A DNA stretch of 64,000 nucleotides from Pseudovirgaria hyperparasitica (taxonomy: Eukaryota), in the NCBI GenBank assembly GCA_010093815.1, contig ML996581.1, one strand, 5' to 3'. The position numbers and the translations under genes are program-made. The first letter of the stretch is position 1. Every line of letters starts with the position of its first letter. The notes under the pieces were generated by a model. It was not told the origin of the DNA, made no database searches, and saw only the letters and a program-made list of their open reading frames with translations. Positions 1 to 12,200 of this stretch are shown here, one piece after another.

Positions 1-95
<95 letters not shown>
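1..95. repeat. (ATT)n microsatellite, truncated by the window edge
   Basis: Perfect ATT repeat, about 31 units, from base 1. Confidence 0.98.
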
Positions 96-96
<1 letters not shown>

Positions 97-385
97 GATA
101 TACTCTATAGCTATATACTTAAGAAGATATAAAGACTTAATAAGATATAGTTATAAAGAGAAGGGAGTTTTCTCTCTTAGGTTTCTTCTTATATAGTAGC
201 TTAGACTAGAGAAGATATATATCTATAGAGTACTACTCTATCTAGTTATATAATAATAATAATATTATTATACTTATAAAGACTATATTAGTATATAAGT
301 ACTTATTTACATTTCTATATATTCTCGTAGACTAGTAATCTATTAAGTACATTTAATAGACTAAACTATACCTTTTATACTACAG
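96..385. repeat. AT-rich, RIP-like degenerate repeat
   Basis: Very TpA-rich and CpA/TpG-poor; abrupt switch to normal composition near 385. Confidence 0.75.
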
Positions 386-462
386 GACATAGGAGGGGAT
401 AATTGCCCACCCAAATGACGAAAAGCGGTAATACCAGGCAGGGATTCGGGTCATCATAGGGC

Positions 463-3400
463 CTAGTCGTCTGGAACGACACATTCGTCGTCCAGAGACC
501 CGTTCGGAGAAGTTATAGCACCATGGCAGTCTCCATCTCGATTGGGTAGTGCTCCACTGGAAGTTTGTTGTGCGCTACTCTTGCGATGCCTGCTTACCAC
601 ACCTGGAAACATGCGTGGCTCAGTGCCGTCCAAACGAGACGGGACAGGCATACCGATGTCCGATGATAGCGTGGGTAAGACCACTGTCGATGAACGATCA
701 AGGCGGTTGTGCTGATAGGTAGCGCTCTGTGGAGACTTCGGCGAGTTTGTAGTATTGTGAACTTCAGCCAAAGGTATAGTATGATTCATGCGTGCAGCTT
801 GCACCTGGGCAAGGGGAGCATTGTATGAGCTTGGGGGTAGATTGACGAATTGTGATAGTGAACTATCAGCCGGGACATTTGCGGAAGGATTGTTATGCAT
901 CGAGATAGTGGGTGATTGTGGCGTCTGGCTGAGAGGAGGGGACTGAGGTAGCGCGGCTGCTGTGAGGGTGTCGCTCTTGTGTATGCTGTATCGATTGATC
1001 CTAGAACGAGTCAGCTGACATCTCAAGCGATTCTGTGAAGATTATGGCCATTTGTGGTAGCACATACATCGCAAACTCCTGCATCAAAGTTTCGTGCCGG
1101 TAGGCTTCGCGTATCTGAGGGACATTCACTTTCGCAACATCATTACCAAGTACCCCTGGAAGATGATAGTTGCTGCCCAACCAGCGTTGCTTGATGATGT
1201 GCTCAAAACCACTCTGTTCAACTGAGTGCTTTGCCAACTCGCACATATCAACAGCACTCAACTTATAGATCTGGGCTGCGACGGAGTATTCTTCGATCAA
1301 AGGCTCCTTCGTGAAAGCGAACTGAAGAGGGTCATCCGTAGATAGAGACACGTTGAGTCCCCTTTTGAAGTATGAGTGAAAAGGATTCCTTTCATACGCA
1401 AGGAATAGAGCATTGTTACTGAGGGGAGACATGGCGATCCCAATTTGATCCAGATAGAATATGTATTGCAAAAAAGGTACTTTTCTGAGCAGAAGGCCAT
1501 GGCTGATGCTATGACAGCATATGGTAGCTGCTGCCAAATGGTCTGTATCGCCAGCTTCTCCACAGTGCGGTCGTAACAGGAAAGTATTGAACCCTCTCTG
1601 CTTCCGCCAAACATTGAGCGATGCGATATTCGCGAAAAGGAAATAGATCCAATAACTGTATGGTGGATTCTGGCTGGTATTCCACTCTGATGGCGCTGGA
1701 AACTTCTTGTAAAGTCGACGCTCAGGTTTGCTTTCATCGTCAACACTGTCGAAGCCGATTACACGCTGCAGGAATATATGTAGTTTAGGGTGACTTTCTG
1801 GCTCCTTGGTGACTTCGAAGAGAGGCTTAAAGATGTTCACAATGACTTGTTGGAAGTCCTCCATCAATCTAGTCGATTTGTACACGTCGTAGAGCCGCGG
1901 GATTTGTATCAGCCAACGCACATTGGGGGAGAACAACTTGTTATCGACAACCCAAGCCGCAAGCTTGTCCCACTCGTCTGGCGCACGGCCGTAGATTGAA
2001 ATGCGCCATTCAACCATCTGATACTTACTTGCCTCCAAATCTGATATGACCTCCTTGGTGATCTCGGCGAGATAACGTCCTTTGATCAGATTATCCGTTT
2101 TTAGGAAGATGGTACGCAGACGTGATTCACCAATAGGGTTGTACTTAAGATTGAATTTATCAAAACGGTGGAAGCTGTCCGTATGTGCCTGCTGAGTTTA
2201 GCAATATAACGCGTCTTAGCGAGTGAACGGCAACATACATGCATGTCCAAAGTATCAATGCTAAGATCATACGCAGTCAAGTTTATACTTTCAAACACTT
2301 CTTTGAGAGTGAGGTGCTTCCCGTCTCTGTGTAGCACGATCTCATCTGGAGATTTCTTCATTTTTGATTTAATAAAGCGAAGCAGATGTTTCTGATTCAT
2401 GCAAGCGGAGTGATGGACATGGGTATCAACTTTTCGGACGTTATAAAAGTCTCTGTGTGGTACTTTCTTGCTGTCTGCAACCTCCTGATATTCGTTCACG
2501 AGCGAGTATAAGTGAAATTTGCCTTCCAGGTACGAAAGGCGACGATAAGCGTAGCTTTTGTTCGCGCCCTCAGAGGATATATGCAGAATTTGATCGAGAT
2601 CCATGTAGTATTCGCGCAAAGTTGGTATGTGTATGATTGGGCTATCGAGTTCTGCTGACTTCGAATTCTCGTATACTTGGTAGACGCTGCCTGCATCCAT
2701 ACGGAACATCATCTCTGATGGGCCTGGAAATGGCTTGCAGTCTTCTAATTCGAAATCTTCACCAATGTCAAAGCCTATTTTTCTTGAAGGCTTTGACTTC
2801 TGTGGCTCGTCTAGACTCACGCTGTTCGACATGCTATTCAACGCATTGGTTCCCGACCGTCCTTTGACACCATCCCACACGGGTTCTGGGTGGGGTGGAT
2901 AGATTTGCCAACCTGGGTCATCCTTTGGATTGTCGAATGAGCGCTGTAGAGACAATCTCATGTACTTATGACGGAGATCAAGGACTTGCTGAATGTTCGT
3001 GAACACTTGACTCAATTCGGCAGTAACAGTGGAGTCATCACTGGCGAAGCCCAAGGGACCATTGCCGATACCTACACCAGCACCTGCGCCGTGGATACCC
3101 TCAGTGCCCAGCATTAGCTTGTGCTCGTGAGGGAGTGCTGAATGATGAGCATGGTCGCGAGCGTGGGCTTCTACACGTATCGATGGTCCATTCTCGTGCC
3201 ATAGCGAACGTCCAGAAGGGCCGTCAAGAGTGGAATCGACACCACCTGCTTGAACATCGATACCGAATCGGTCACTCCTGGCAACGTCTAACGGCAATGC
3301 AGATCTATAATTCGAGACACTATGTGCTAAGCTTTGTGTGCTTGGCTGAGATCTGAGGCTGTCTGCATGACCGTGATCATCGCCACAATTAGCTGGGAAC

Positions 3401-3883
3401 GTCTTTGCGCGAATGACGGGACTCGTCCCGTCTTGCGACCAAGCACTACCACCTGTATATTGACTTTCCAGTCGATGACGCTGATAGAAGAGCTTTGCTT
3501 CGGCATGTCCCACCTGTTTCTCTGACATGTGATCATATAGGGCAGTTTTGAATCGTTTGTCGCGAGGTAGCAAAATTGTCTTGGAATGTTCGTCTACTAT
3601 GGATCCAGATTCATCGTCATCCGGTTTTGCAGCTCTTACGTCATCCTCAAGAGTACCATGATCAAAGTAGCGGTCGCTGTCGTATGCCTGAGACCCGCTG
3701 TGAGCAGTAGATTCATAGCGGTCAAGGTCATCGTCGAAGAGAGGGCCGTCGTCGATAGCGCTGTTTGCCCGTTGGAGATGCGGCGAGTCGTCGGCTGAGA
3801 GCACACCAGACACTGAATCTGTATCTTAGGGTTGCAATGCGAGAATGACCATTAAACTCACCTGGAATCTGGTCTAGAGGCAT
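463..3883 (-). CDS. AMD1: AMP deaminase (4 predicted exons: 3883-3862, 3818-2239, 2188-1068, 1000-463)
   Basis: Motifs [28 protein letters not shown]. Splicing 2189-2238 (GTATGT..CAG) restores [23 protein letters not shown]; 1001-1067 (GTATGT..TAG) joins the C-terminal ORF in frame; 3819-3861 (GTGAGT..CAG) joins ATG at 3883. The exact 5' exon is less certain. Confidence 0.95.
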
Positions 3884-4029
3884 TGAGTACGTTAGTAAAG
3901 TGCTCACGATATTAATAACCACGATGTTGCTGCTCACGAAGAACTTCGGGGTAAAGTAACGGTCTAGGCGGCGGGTAATCTTAGATGGCCCATTCTCTCT
4001 AGCCGTGTGCGGCTAGGTACAGCTCGCTA

Positions 4030-4455
4030 TATATACTTCGATCTCGCTATTATAATATATATAATAGTAATAATCTTAGTATAGTAATAGGTCTTCTCTA
4101 CCTTAGTAAATAAAACTATAATTATATATATTCTTTATAAAATTATAATATTTTATAAATTAACTCTTTTATAATTATTAGTTCTAATTAATAATAGTAA
4201 AAGATAGAGATATTAGATATTAGTAAAATAATAAGAAAGACTTTCTTTAATTACTACTATTATCTTAGATAGACCTTAAAAGGTTACTCTCTACTCTATA
4301 TAAGAGTTTTAAGTTAATTATTATTATTATTCTATAGAAGTTTTTATATTAAGTCTCTTAAATATTATAATATTATATACTATAAGCTATAATCGTAGTA
4401 ACTAATTAATAAGCTATATGCCCTAGATGTCTAAAGGACCCTATATACTATTAGA
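4030..4455. repeat. AT-rich, RIP-like repeat relic of unknown family
   Basis: TpA-rich, CpA-depleted block with sharp edges; no termini identified. Confidence 0.7.
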
Positions 4456-4688
4456 ACATACGGAGCAGAGACCGATGGGGCAAGTGGGGCAAGTAGCTGT
4501 TGCCTATTCCTTGCGACCAATTATCGTTAGCCACATGATGTATGCGTGAGATTTCCGTTAGTCATCGCAGCTTCATATACCTGATTGCGGACGCGTCTTA
4601 GAATTGTTATCATTCCTCCTTTGGCCAAGTTCTCCCAACTCGTATTATCAAATCTGCTAGTACTAACTCTCTCTCCTCCCTCCGAGTA

Positions 4689-4970
4689 ATGTGCACATAC
4701 GGTAGAACATTAGCTGTTTACGAAGCATGTCAAAGGCTACCTCAGCATAAGGAGGAGACTCGTCCGAGGCATCGTTGCGCGACCTCGCCAAAGCCAGGAG
4801 CTCCATGTCCGGAACCTGAACACGATCCCACCAAGGACATATTACATTCCCAGCGACGAGGGCCCTGTCACGCCTGTCGTGATTCTGGAAGTACTGTGGA
4901 AATTTGGCATGTTAAGTGGGCAAGTTTTGCTAACTTCTACTTCAAATCTCTAGGAACAAATGTCGAGTAG
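4689..4970 (+). CDS. Small Cys/His/Pro-rich hypothetical protein (possible 3' intron)
   Basis: 93-aa ATG ORF (MC..C..C..C..CxxC) in a non-RIP island; GCTAAC..CTAG branch/acceptor signal near 4930-4952. Confidence 0.4.
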   Translation: MCTYGRTLAVYEACQRLPQHKEETRPRHRCATSPKPGAPCPEPEHDPTKDILHSQRRGPCHACRDSGSTVEIWHVKWASFANFYFKSLGTNVE

Positions 4971-5016
4971 GTGGATGTACACGGCTCATGAAATTGGAAT
5001 CGGTACCTCAATAGAA

Positions 5017-5989
5017 CTATCCAACCCGTTTCTTTTGCGGCGAAATATCTTGCATCTCTTTCTCTAAGGTTTCGATAATACAGTCCATTGATTCAATCTC
5101 GCCACGCCAGCATTTCTGCATTAAAACACTTAGTGGTAAATTGTTAGTCTCGGGAAATCTCCCGCGTGCGTAGAGTTGTCCGACAATTTGACCAGCTCCT
5201 TCCATATACATGTACTCCGAATACGGCGGCTTACCCACAACTATCTCGTAGATTATACAGCCAAACGCAAATATGTCTGTAGCGCGACTGGTTTGGGGCT
5301 GAGCCGGTTTATAACTAAACCATTCATAGCAAGAACCGGCTGAGTCACCATTAAGGCTACAACCTTCAAAATCAATTAACTTGACGCCCTCACTGGTTAA
5401 TATCAAATTATTACATCCCACATCGCAATGGACAATTCCGCAATCGTGAACATGTCTATAACCGGCCGCGGCGCGAATCAGCCACTCAAGCTTCGTGCTC
5501 AGCGATATATTACTGCCGGATTGGCATAATTCTCTGAGGGTAGTACCTCGTTCAAGAATGATACCGTCTTGCCATGGCTGAATGAGCTTTGCAATGGTCG
5601 GATGTGGAGCGAGAAGACCATATGCTTGACATTCGATTTGCTCAGACTCACGCAAGTGAAACTCTTTGTAGACGCGGGCTTCATCAACGCTGTATACGAC
5701 ACTGGCCTTTCCAGCAGCTAGGTATCGTAGCATATTTAGGTTCAGGCTGATCTCCTTCAGTTCATTAGGATACTGTTCGCTGGAGGATTGTTCTTCGGAG
5801 GGGTGTTCGTGGGAGGGGTGTTCATTGGTTTCGTCGGGCTCGCAGTGATTTGAGACAGTCTTGAATCTCTCAGAATCCTGCCCAAGGTCCTTCCAGCTGC
5901 GCTTTCGTGTGAAGCAGCAAAGTAGAATGCAAATAATGGACGTGGCTCGGTCAAGTCGAGAAGCTGTGCAACTGATGTACCTTAGCATG
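5017..5989 (-). CDS. Atypical protein kinase-like protein (intronless; start uncertain)
   Basis: GKASVVY Gly-loop remnant, VYK, catalytic loop HCDVGCNN, KLIDFEG, DIFAFGCIIYEIVVGKPPY, LMQKCW. Confidence 0.85.
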
Positions 5990-6119
5990 ATTGACTGATT
6001 CCGCCGATGAAGGCAGTAAAACCACGAGATATTTGGAGGTCGATTCCGTGACAATCGGTAGCCGGGGCCGGCAAAGCTTTGATCCGGACCCGAAAGGTTC
6101 CGTGGGGCGTCAATGCTAC

Positions 6120-6446
6120 TATCTACCTACTCTATTCTTATAGGTTCTAGCTAATTATTATTAACTATATACTATTATAAAAATAATTTATAAAGATATA
6201 AAGATTAGAGTAGATTAGTATAAAGCTATACTCTTAGAAAACTAGATATATATCTAGTCTAAGAGATCTAAAGAGTTTAATAATAAGTTATAGAATCTCT
6301 TAAAGAAAAGAAAATTATTAAAGAAAAGATCTATATATAGATAATAGCTAGACTTATATAATATAATATAATTATATATATATACTACTAGTTTAAATTA
6401 GATAAATCTATATATATATATATAAGAATCTAATAGAAGTTAGTAA
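6120..6446 (+). mobile_element. Element C, left piece: 3' internal remnant of an old Ty3/gypsy element related to A, opposite orientation
   Basis: About 6210-6435 aligns by eye to the reverse complement of about 7110-7330 (AATAAGTTATA..AAGAAAAGAT..TATAGATA.TA.CTAGACTTAT). Confidence 0.65.
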
Positions 6447-6710
6447 TATAAGAATAGAGTAGATAGATAGTAGTATAGCTAAATAGAATAATAGAGTATA
6501 TTCTATTATAGAATAAGTTACTACTAAACTCTCTTAGTAGTAATTAAAGAGTATATATATATTATAATAGATATAACTAAGATATTACTATAATAGTAGA
6601 TTAAGATATATTATAATTTAACTTTAAGAAGTAGAGATAAATCTATATAGATTATAGCTTAATTATATAGTTTAAGTAAGATTATATAATACCTCTATTC
6701 TAGTTCTATC

Positions 6711-6938
6711 TATAAGAATAGAGTTATTAGATAGTAGTATAGTTAGATAGAATAATATAGTATATTCTATTATAGAATAAATTACTACTAAACCCTTTTA
6801 GTAGAAATCTAAGAGTATATATATAAAGAGATGCTAATCTATTTAGTATATAACTATTTACTATCTATTATACTACCTTCTAACTAAGTTAGCTAAGATA
6901 TATATAGATATAATTATATCTAAGACTAGATTCTAATA
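6711..6938 (-). repeat. 3' LTR of element A
   Basis: Near-identical direct repeat of 27104-27331; differences are mostly transitions. Confidence 0.92.
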
Positions 6939-9220
6939 ATTATCCCCTTTCTTTTAGGAAGCTACCCCTAGTAATCTAGATTATTATCTATCTCTATATC
7001 TATATTCTAAGTTCTATAAGACCTTAATTATTCTCTATACTTTATCTTAAATATATATAAATACTAGCTAATCTAAGATTTATATAAGTATTTTTCTAAT
7101 AAACTAGATTTTATCTATTCTAAATTCTTATATAGATAGAATTATCTAATTAGACCTAGTATATTATATAATATAATTAGATAAGTCTAGATACTATCTA
7201 TATTAAAATCTTTTCTTAGAAATATTCCTTTTCTTAAAAAACTTTATAACTTATTATAGAGTTTTTTAGATTATTAGATATATTATCTAATTCTTATAGA
7301 TATAGATTTATATAGATTTACTATAATTTACTATAATTTATATAGCTTACTAACTTTTATAATATACATAGCTAATAATAATAATAATCTATAAGAATCT
7401 ATATAAATTAGTAATAATTATAATATAGTTTTCTAAAACCTTAATACTTAGAAGTAATTAGTATAGAAATAGATACCTTTAAATAATCCTTATCTTATAT
7501 ATATTACTAATATATTAAAAGCTATTAATCTACTCTAATCTAGGCTAGGCTCTAATAATCTAGCTATATATTATTATAGTTATTACTTTCTATTATATAC
7601 TACTTATAGTAGTACTAATTCTATAACTTATAGTATTTATATAACTAAGAAGTATTATTATTTATAGGTATTTAAATAAGTTTAAAAAACTTTATATAGA
7701 TTTACCTATATTAGTATAGATTACTACTAGACCTCTAGTAACCTCTACTAATAAGAAGTATAGTACTACTAATTATAATACCTTAGAGAAGGCTTTCTAT
7801 AAGTTATATATCTATAGTAAGAAGTATATCTAGAAGTATAATTCTAATATAATCTATAAAGTTTTATTAGAATCTACTATAGCTATTATTACTATAATTA
7901 CTAGATAATATTATTTTTCTTAAATTATTATAGATTCTTACTAATATATATTAATCTCTATAATAATACTAAAATCTCTACTACTTTAGACTTCTTTCTA
8001 TATACTAGTAATATTAAAATTCCTAGAAAAGATTCTAATAAAAAGACTAAGATTTATTTCTTATATATATCTAAGAGCTATAAATTTAGAGAAGATAGCT
8101 CTAATCTAGAAGTTTCTATACTAAAGATATATAGTTCTATACTAATTATTAAATCTTTTTACTAATTTATATAATTCTTAGTATATCTATACTAGTCCAT
8201 CTCTCTCTATCCTAGTTTCTACTACTCTATAGATTTCTATAGAGGAATTTATAGCTATAAAACGCGCTATATAGAGTTTATAGCATTAGAATAAAAGACT
8301 AGAGACCTATATTATAAAGCTCTATACTATACTAAATAAAAATTAGTAGAAGAAATTAGATATAATTATTATAGTAATTAGTTCTTCTACTTCTACTCTA
8401 ACTTAATTAGTTTAGATCTATACTAATTAGTACTAATATATTTCTTTTATCTAGTATTTTTAGTTTTTAGTTTTAATTTTAAAGTAATCTTACTTTTTCT
8501 AGATAGATTAGTATAAGTTTATATAGATTTATATAGATCTTTATATTTTCTTTTAGTTTTCTTAATTTTATCTTTCTTTAATAATAACTTCTTTAATCTC
8601 TTTAGTAATCTATACTAATCTATACTAATTAGTACTAATTTTCTATATCTATTTCTCTTAGTAAATTATTTTTCTAAATCTCTTTTTTAGTTAAATTCTT
8701 TAAAGTTCTAAGTTTAAACTCTCTAAGGGAGTTCTAAGTTTAAACTTTCTAAGGAAGTTCCTTAATTCCTTAGAATATTTTAAAGATCTATATCTCTTTT
8801 ATCTTCTTTCTTTTAGATAGCCGTTCTTAGTACTAAACTATACTAAAAAATATTAAATTATTATACTTTAGTATAATTCTCTATAATTCCGCGGCTTCCT
8901 TTACTAATTACTACTTATATACTAGTATTACTACTTTACTAATATTTATTATAGATTTCTAAGTATCTTTATTAGAATTATATTCTTTCTAATAAATTTT
9001 ATATAGCTATATACTATCTTTAGTATATTATTAGCTAAGTATCTACTTAACTTTATAGATATCCGTACCTTCTTATATAAGTATTTTATATAGTATCTAT
9101 TTAGAATAATCTAGTAATAATAAGATATAAAATAGCTTAAGAAGCGTAATATAGAATATATTATATATCTTTAATATAGAAGGGAGTTTTAACTTATACG
9201 CCTAGTTATTAATTATATAA

Positions 9221-12200
9221 TAATAATAATAATAATATTATATAACTAGGTAGAGTAGTACTCTACAGGCCTATGCCTCCTCTAGTCTAAGCCACTATAT
9301 AAGAAGAAACCCCATAGGGAAAAACTTCCTTATGTCTATAACTACATCTCGTTAAACCTCTATTTCGTCTTAAGTATATAGCTATAGGGTACGCCTATTA
9401 GCCTATAGCCTATATTACCGTTATTTTGCCCTTAGGTAGCACGTGTAGGTACGGAGGTTATTAGTTAAGGGCTACCCTTAACTAATAATTAGGGTTCTCC
9501 CGGGGTTCTTCTAGTATATATCGGGTTATTACCGGCGTATACCGGGTCTCTTCTAGTATATATTTCCGGGTCTACTAGTACTAGAGGAGTAGTAGATATA
9601 TAAGTATCTATTAGGAGACGTTCTTAGGGTACTTATTAAGCTATTATACGATATCTAAAGTCTTCGTAACGTAGATAAGCTATTACCGTTATATATAGAG
9701 GTTAGGGTATATAGCTAGATAGTAGCATATTATACCTCTCCGGCCGTACGCCTTATACTATAGAGACACATTAGGAACACCTCTCTTATAGAGATAGTAT
9801 AGAAGTCCCATGGCGCCCGTTCGGGCTTAGATAAGTATAGATACTTAGGCTTTCGTTAGCCCTTTATATATCTATTTACTCAGTTCCTTCTATAGCCCTT
9901 AAATCTACTCTAGGTACCTATCCTACTAGGAGGTCTAGTAGGCACGGAGTGCCTCTTTCTACTTATCTTAAGTCCACGACCGTATATTTTTTATAAGTTC
10001 TTAAAGGCTCTACTAGTCTAGGAGAGCGTCTAGGTTATCTCGGACTTCTTATACTACTTAGCTAGAGTCGGCTTCTATTAAGCACCTATACCGTATTCGA
10101 TTCCGGCCTATATATAGGAGTACGCGGTAATATATGCTAATTTATACACGTAGCGCGGCGAAAGTATATTCTACGTTTTCTATACGTTCCTATACTTATT
10201 ATTTAGTAAAGTATACTACCCTCTATATCTAGTAGAAGTTATATATACTTATAACGTCTGTCTCGCGTCGTAGTAGTACCGTGTTAGTAGCTTTATATAC
10301 GCCTAATATAAGACGGAGTATACGGTTCTATATAGATTCGAGCTTTATTCGCCTAGTCTATATAAGGGCCGTATACTAGTACTCGTGTCCGTACGTGAAG
10401 GCGGGTCGTACTATAGATATATATAGCTAGCGTGCCTTATCCCGGGCGGTTCCCTACGTGGAGACTATAATCTATTATATGGCGGCTTCTATCTAGAGGG
10501 CCCTAGAGACGGCGTATGCCACTTATGGTCCCTATTTAAGCTTACTATCTAGTATAACTCCGAGCGCGCGCATGCTTTATACTAGTAGTTCATTAAATAC
10601 GTTGATTCGGGGGCGTTATTCGCCTTCCCTAGTTACCTATTTCCCTTAACGATTAATAAAGTATATAAGCTAGTATTTCTCTAGGGCGAACTTTGCTCTA
10701 TGGCGTTTTACCTACTAGAGGCACCTCTCGTGGTTCTATTCTAGTCGTCTATACGTTCGGTTGGTATTATTATTAATGGCTAGGAGGTATATATTATCGG
10801 CGTATCCGACTACCTCTATATACTTTATTCCTTAAAGAAGGTCTACTATAAAGAAGAGGAATAGGATTAGAGAGATAGTACTCCCTTATAGGATGCCGTA
10901 TACCGTCTCTTTATATTCGCTCTAGTACCTAGGGATATGTATCTAAGTTATTCTTCCTATAAGGAATAACTATATAAAGCGTGTAATCTATTCTAGTATT
11001 CGTCTTATCCGGAGGTTATAAATAAGTCTTATATAGTTTACCTTATTAAACGCTCCGGCCATATTAAGGGAGAGGAGCGATACTACCCGTCTCTATTTCT
11101 ATACGGCCTGGACGACTTTAATAATATATTAGATAGCTATTATTAGAGAGCTATCTACCTTTACCTTCTGGTTCGGAGGGAGGAGATTATATTTCTATAC
11201 CGCGGTACTTATCTTCTTTACTATTATAGCCTCTAGTATCTTATCTAGGTAGAAGAGAAGGGCGATTAGTCTCTATCCCTTTAGGGAGTTAGGGCTCTTT
11301 CCTAGTTTCGGAAGTATAATAGTATAGGCGACTCGGAAGCTCTAGGGGTGGTACCCCTACGTGACGTATACTTAGAATATATAAGTAATAAGCGGTAGGG
11401 TCGCTTTTATAGTGCTTTTTAGACATTAATTTAGAATTCCATCTGGTCTAGGTGCTTTATCATTTAGAAGTATCTTAATAATATTAAGTATATTCTCCTC
11501 CGTAACTTCTTCGGGGATATCTACTATATATAGATATTCGGCGCCGTAAATATCTAATAGGTCTACTAGTTCCGGGAGAGGGAACATGGCCTCCCGTAGG
11601 GCCTTAGTTTTCTTAAGGCTCGTGGAGTATATTCTCCCCTAATATATTAGGGGAGGTATAAGTAGCGGGGGTGTCGGAGTATCTACGCCCTTAGCCTATT
11701 TCGCTATGCGCCATAGCCCTATTACATATTATATCTATTAACTAGTAATTATACGCTACTATTTACGTCTTTCGTTATAGAGGACTTTATTACGTTATTA
11801 TATCGCTTCCTTCTATTCTTTCTACGACTCGGGTATTCTCGTATAGTATACGTGTATATATAGCCTTCGGGCGTCTTATCTACTTTCCTATACTTAAGGA
11901 ATCCCCTTTACTTCCGGGGGCCGGTATATTTGGTATAGTACGTGTTTATTTCTCGTATTCTAATATATTTATAGGAGTATCTATACGGCCTGGTCTATAG
12001 CTAGATCGTTAGATATATCGACTATAGAGGGATCTAGAATCGCCGATTCCAGGTCCTTTAGGTACTTTTCCTAGTCGGTGTCCTTCTATATCTATCGTCC
12101 CCGTTATTTATTCGGGGTATATACGTTTATTATAGTTTCTATATATTTATAGTCGGAATCCGTCTATACCTAGCCTAGGCGGTAGTATTAGATCTAGTAA

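Noticed and set aside
1..95. Telomere repeat
   Set aside because: Unit is ATT, not TTAGGG-like; no telomeric array seen.
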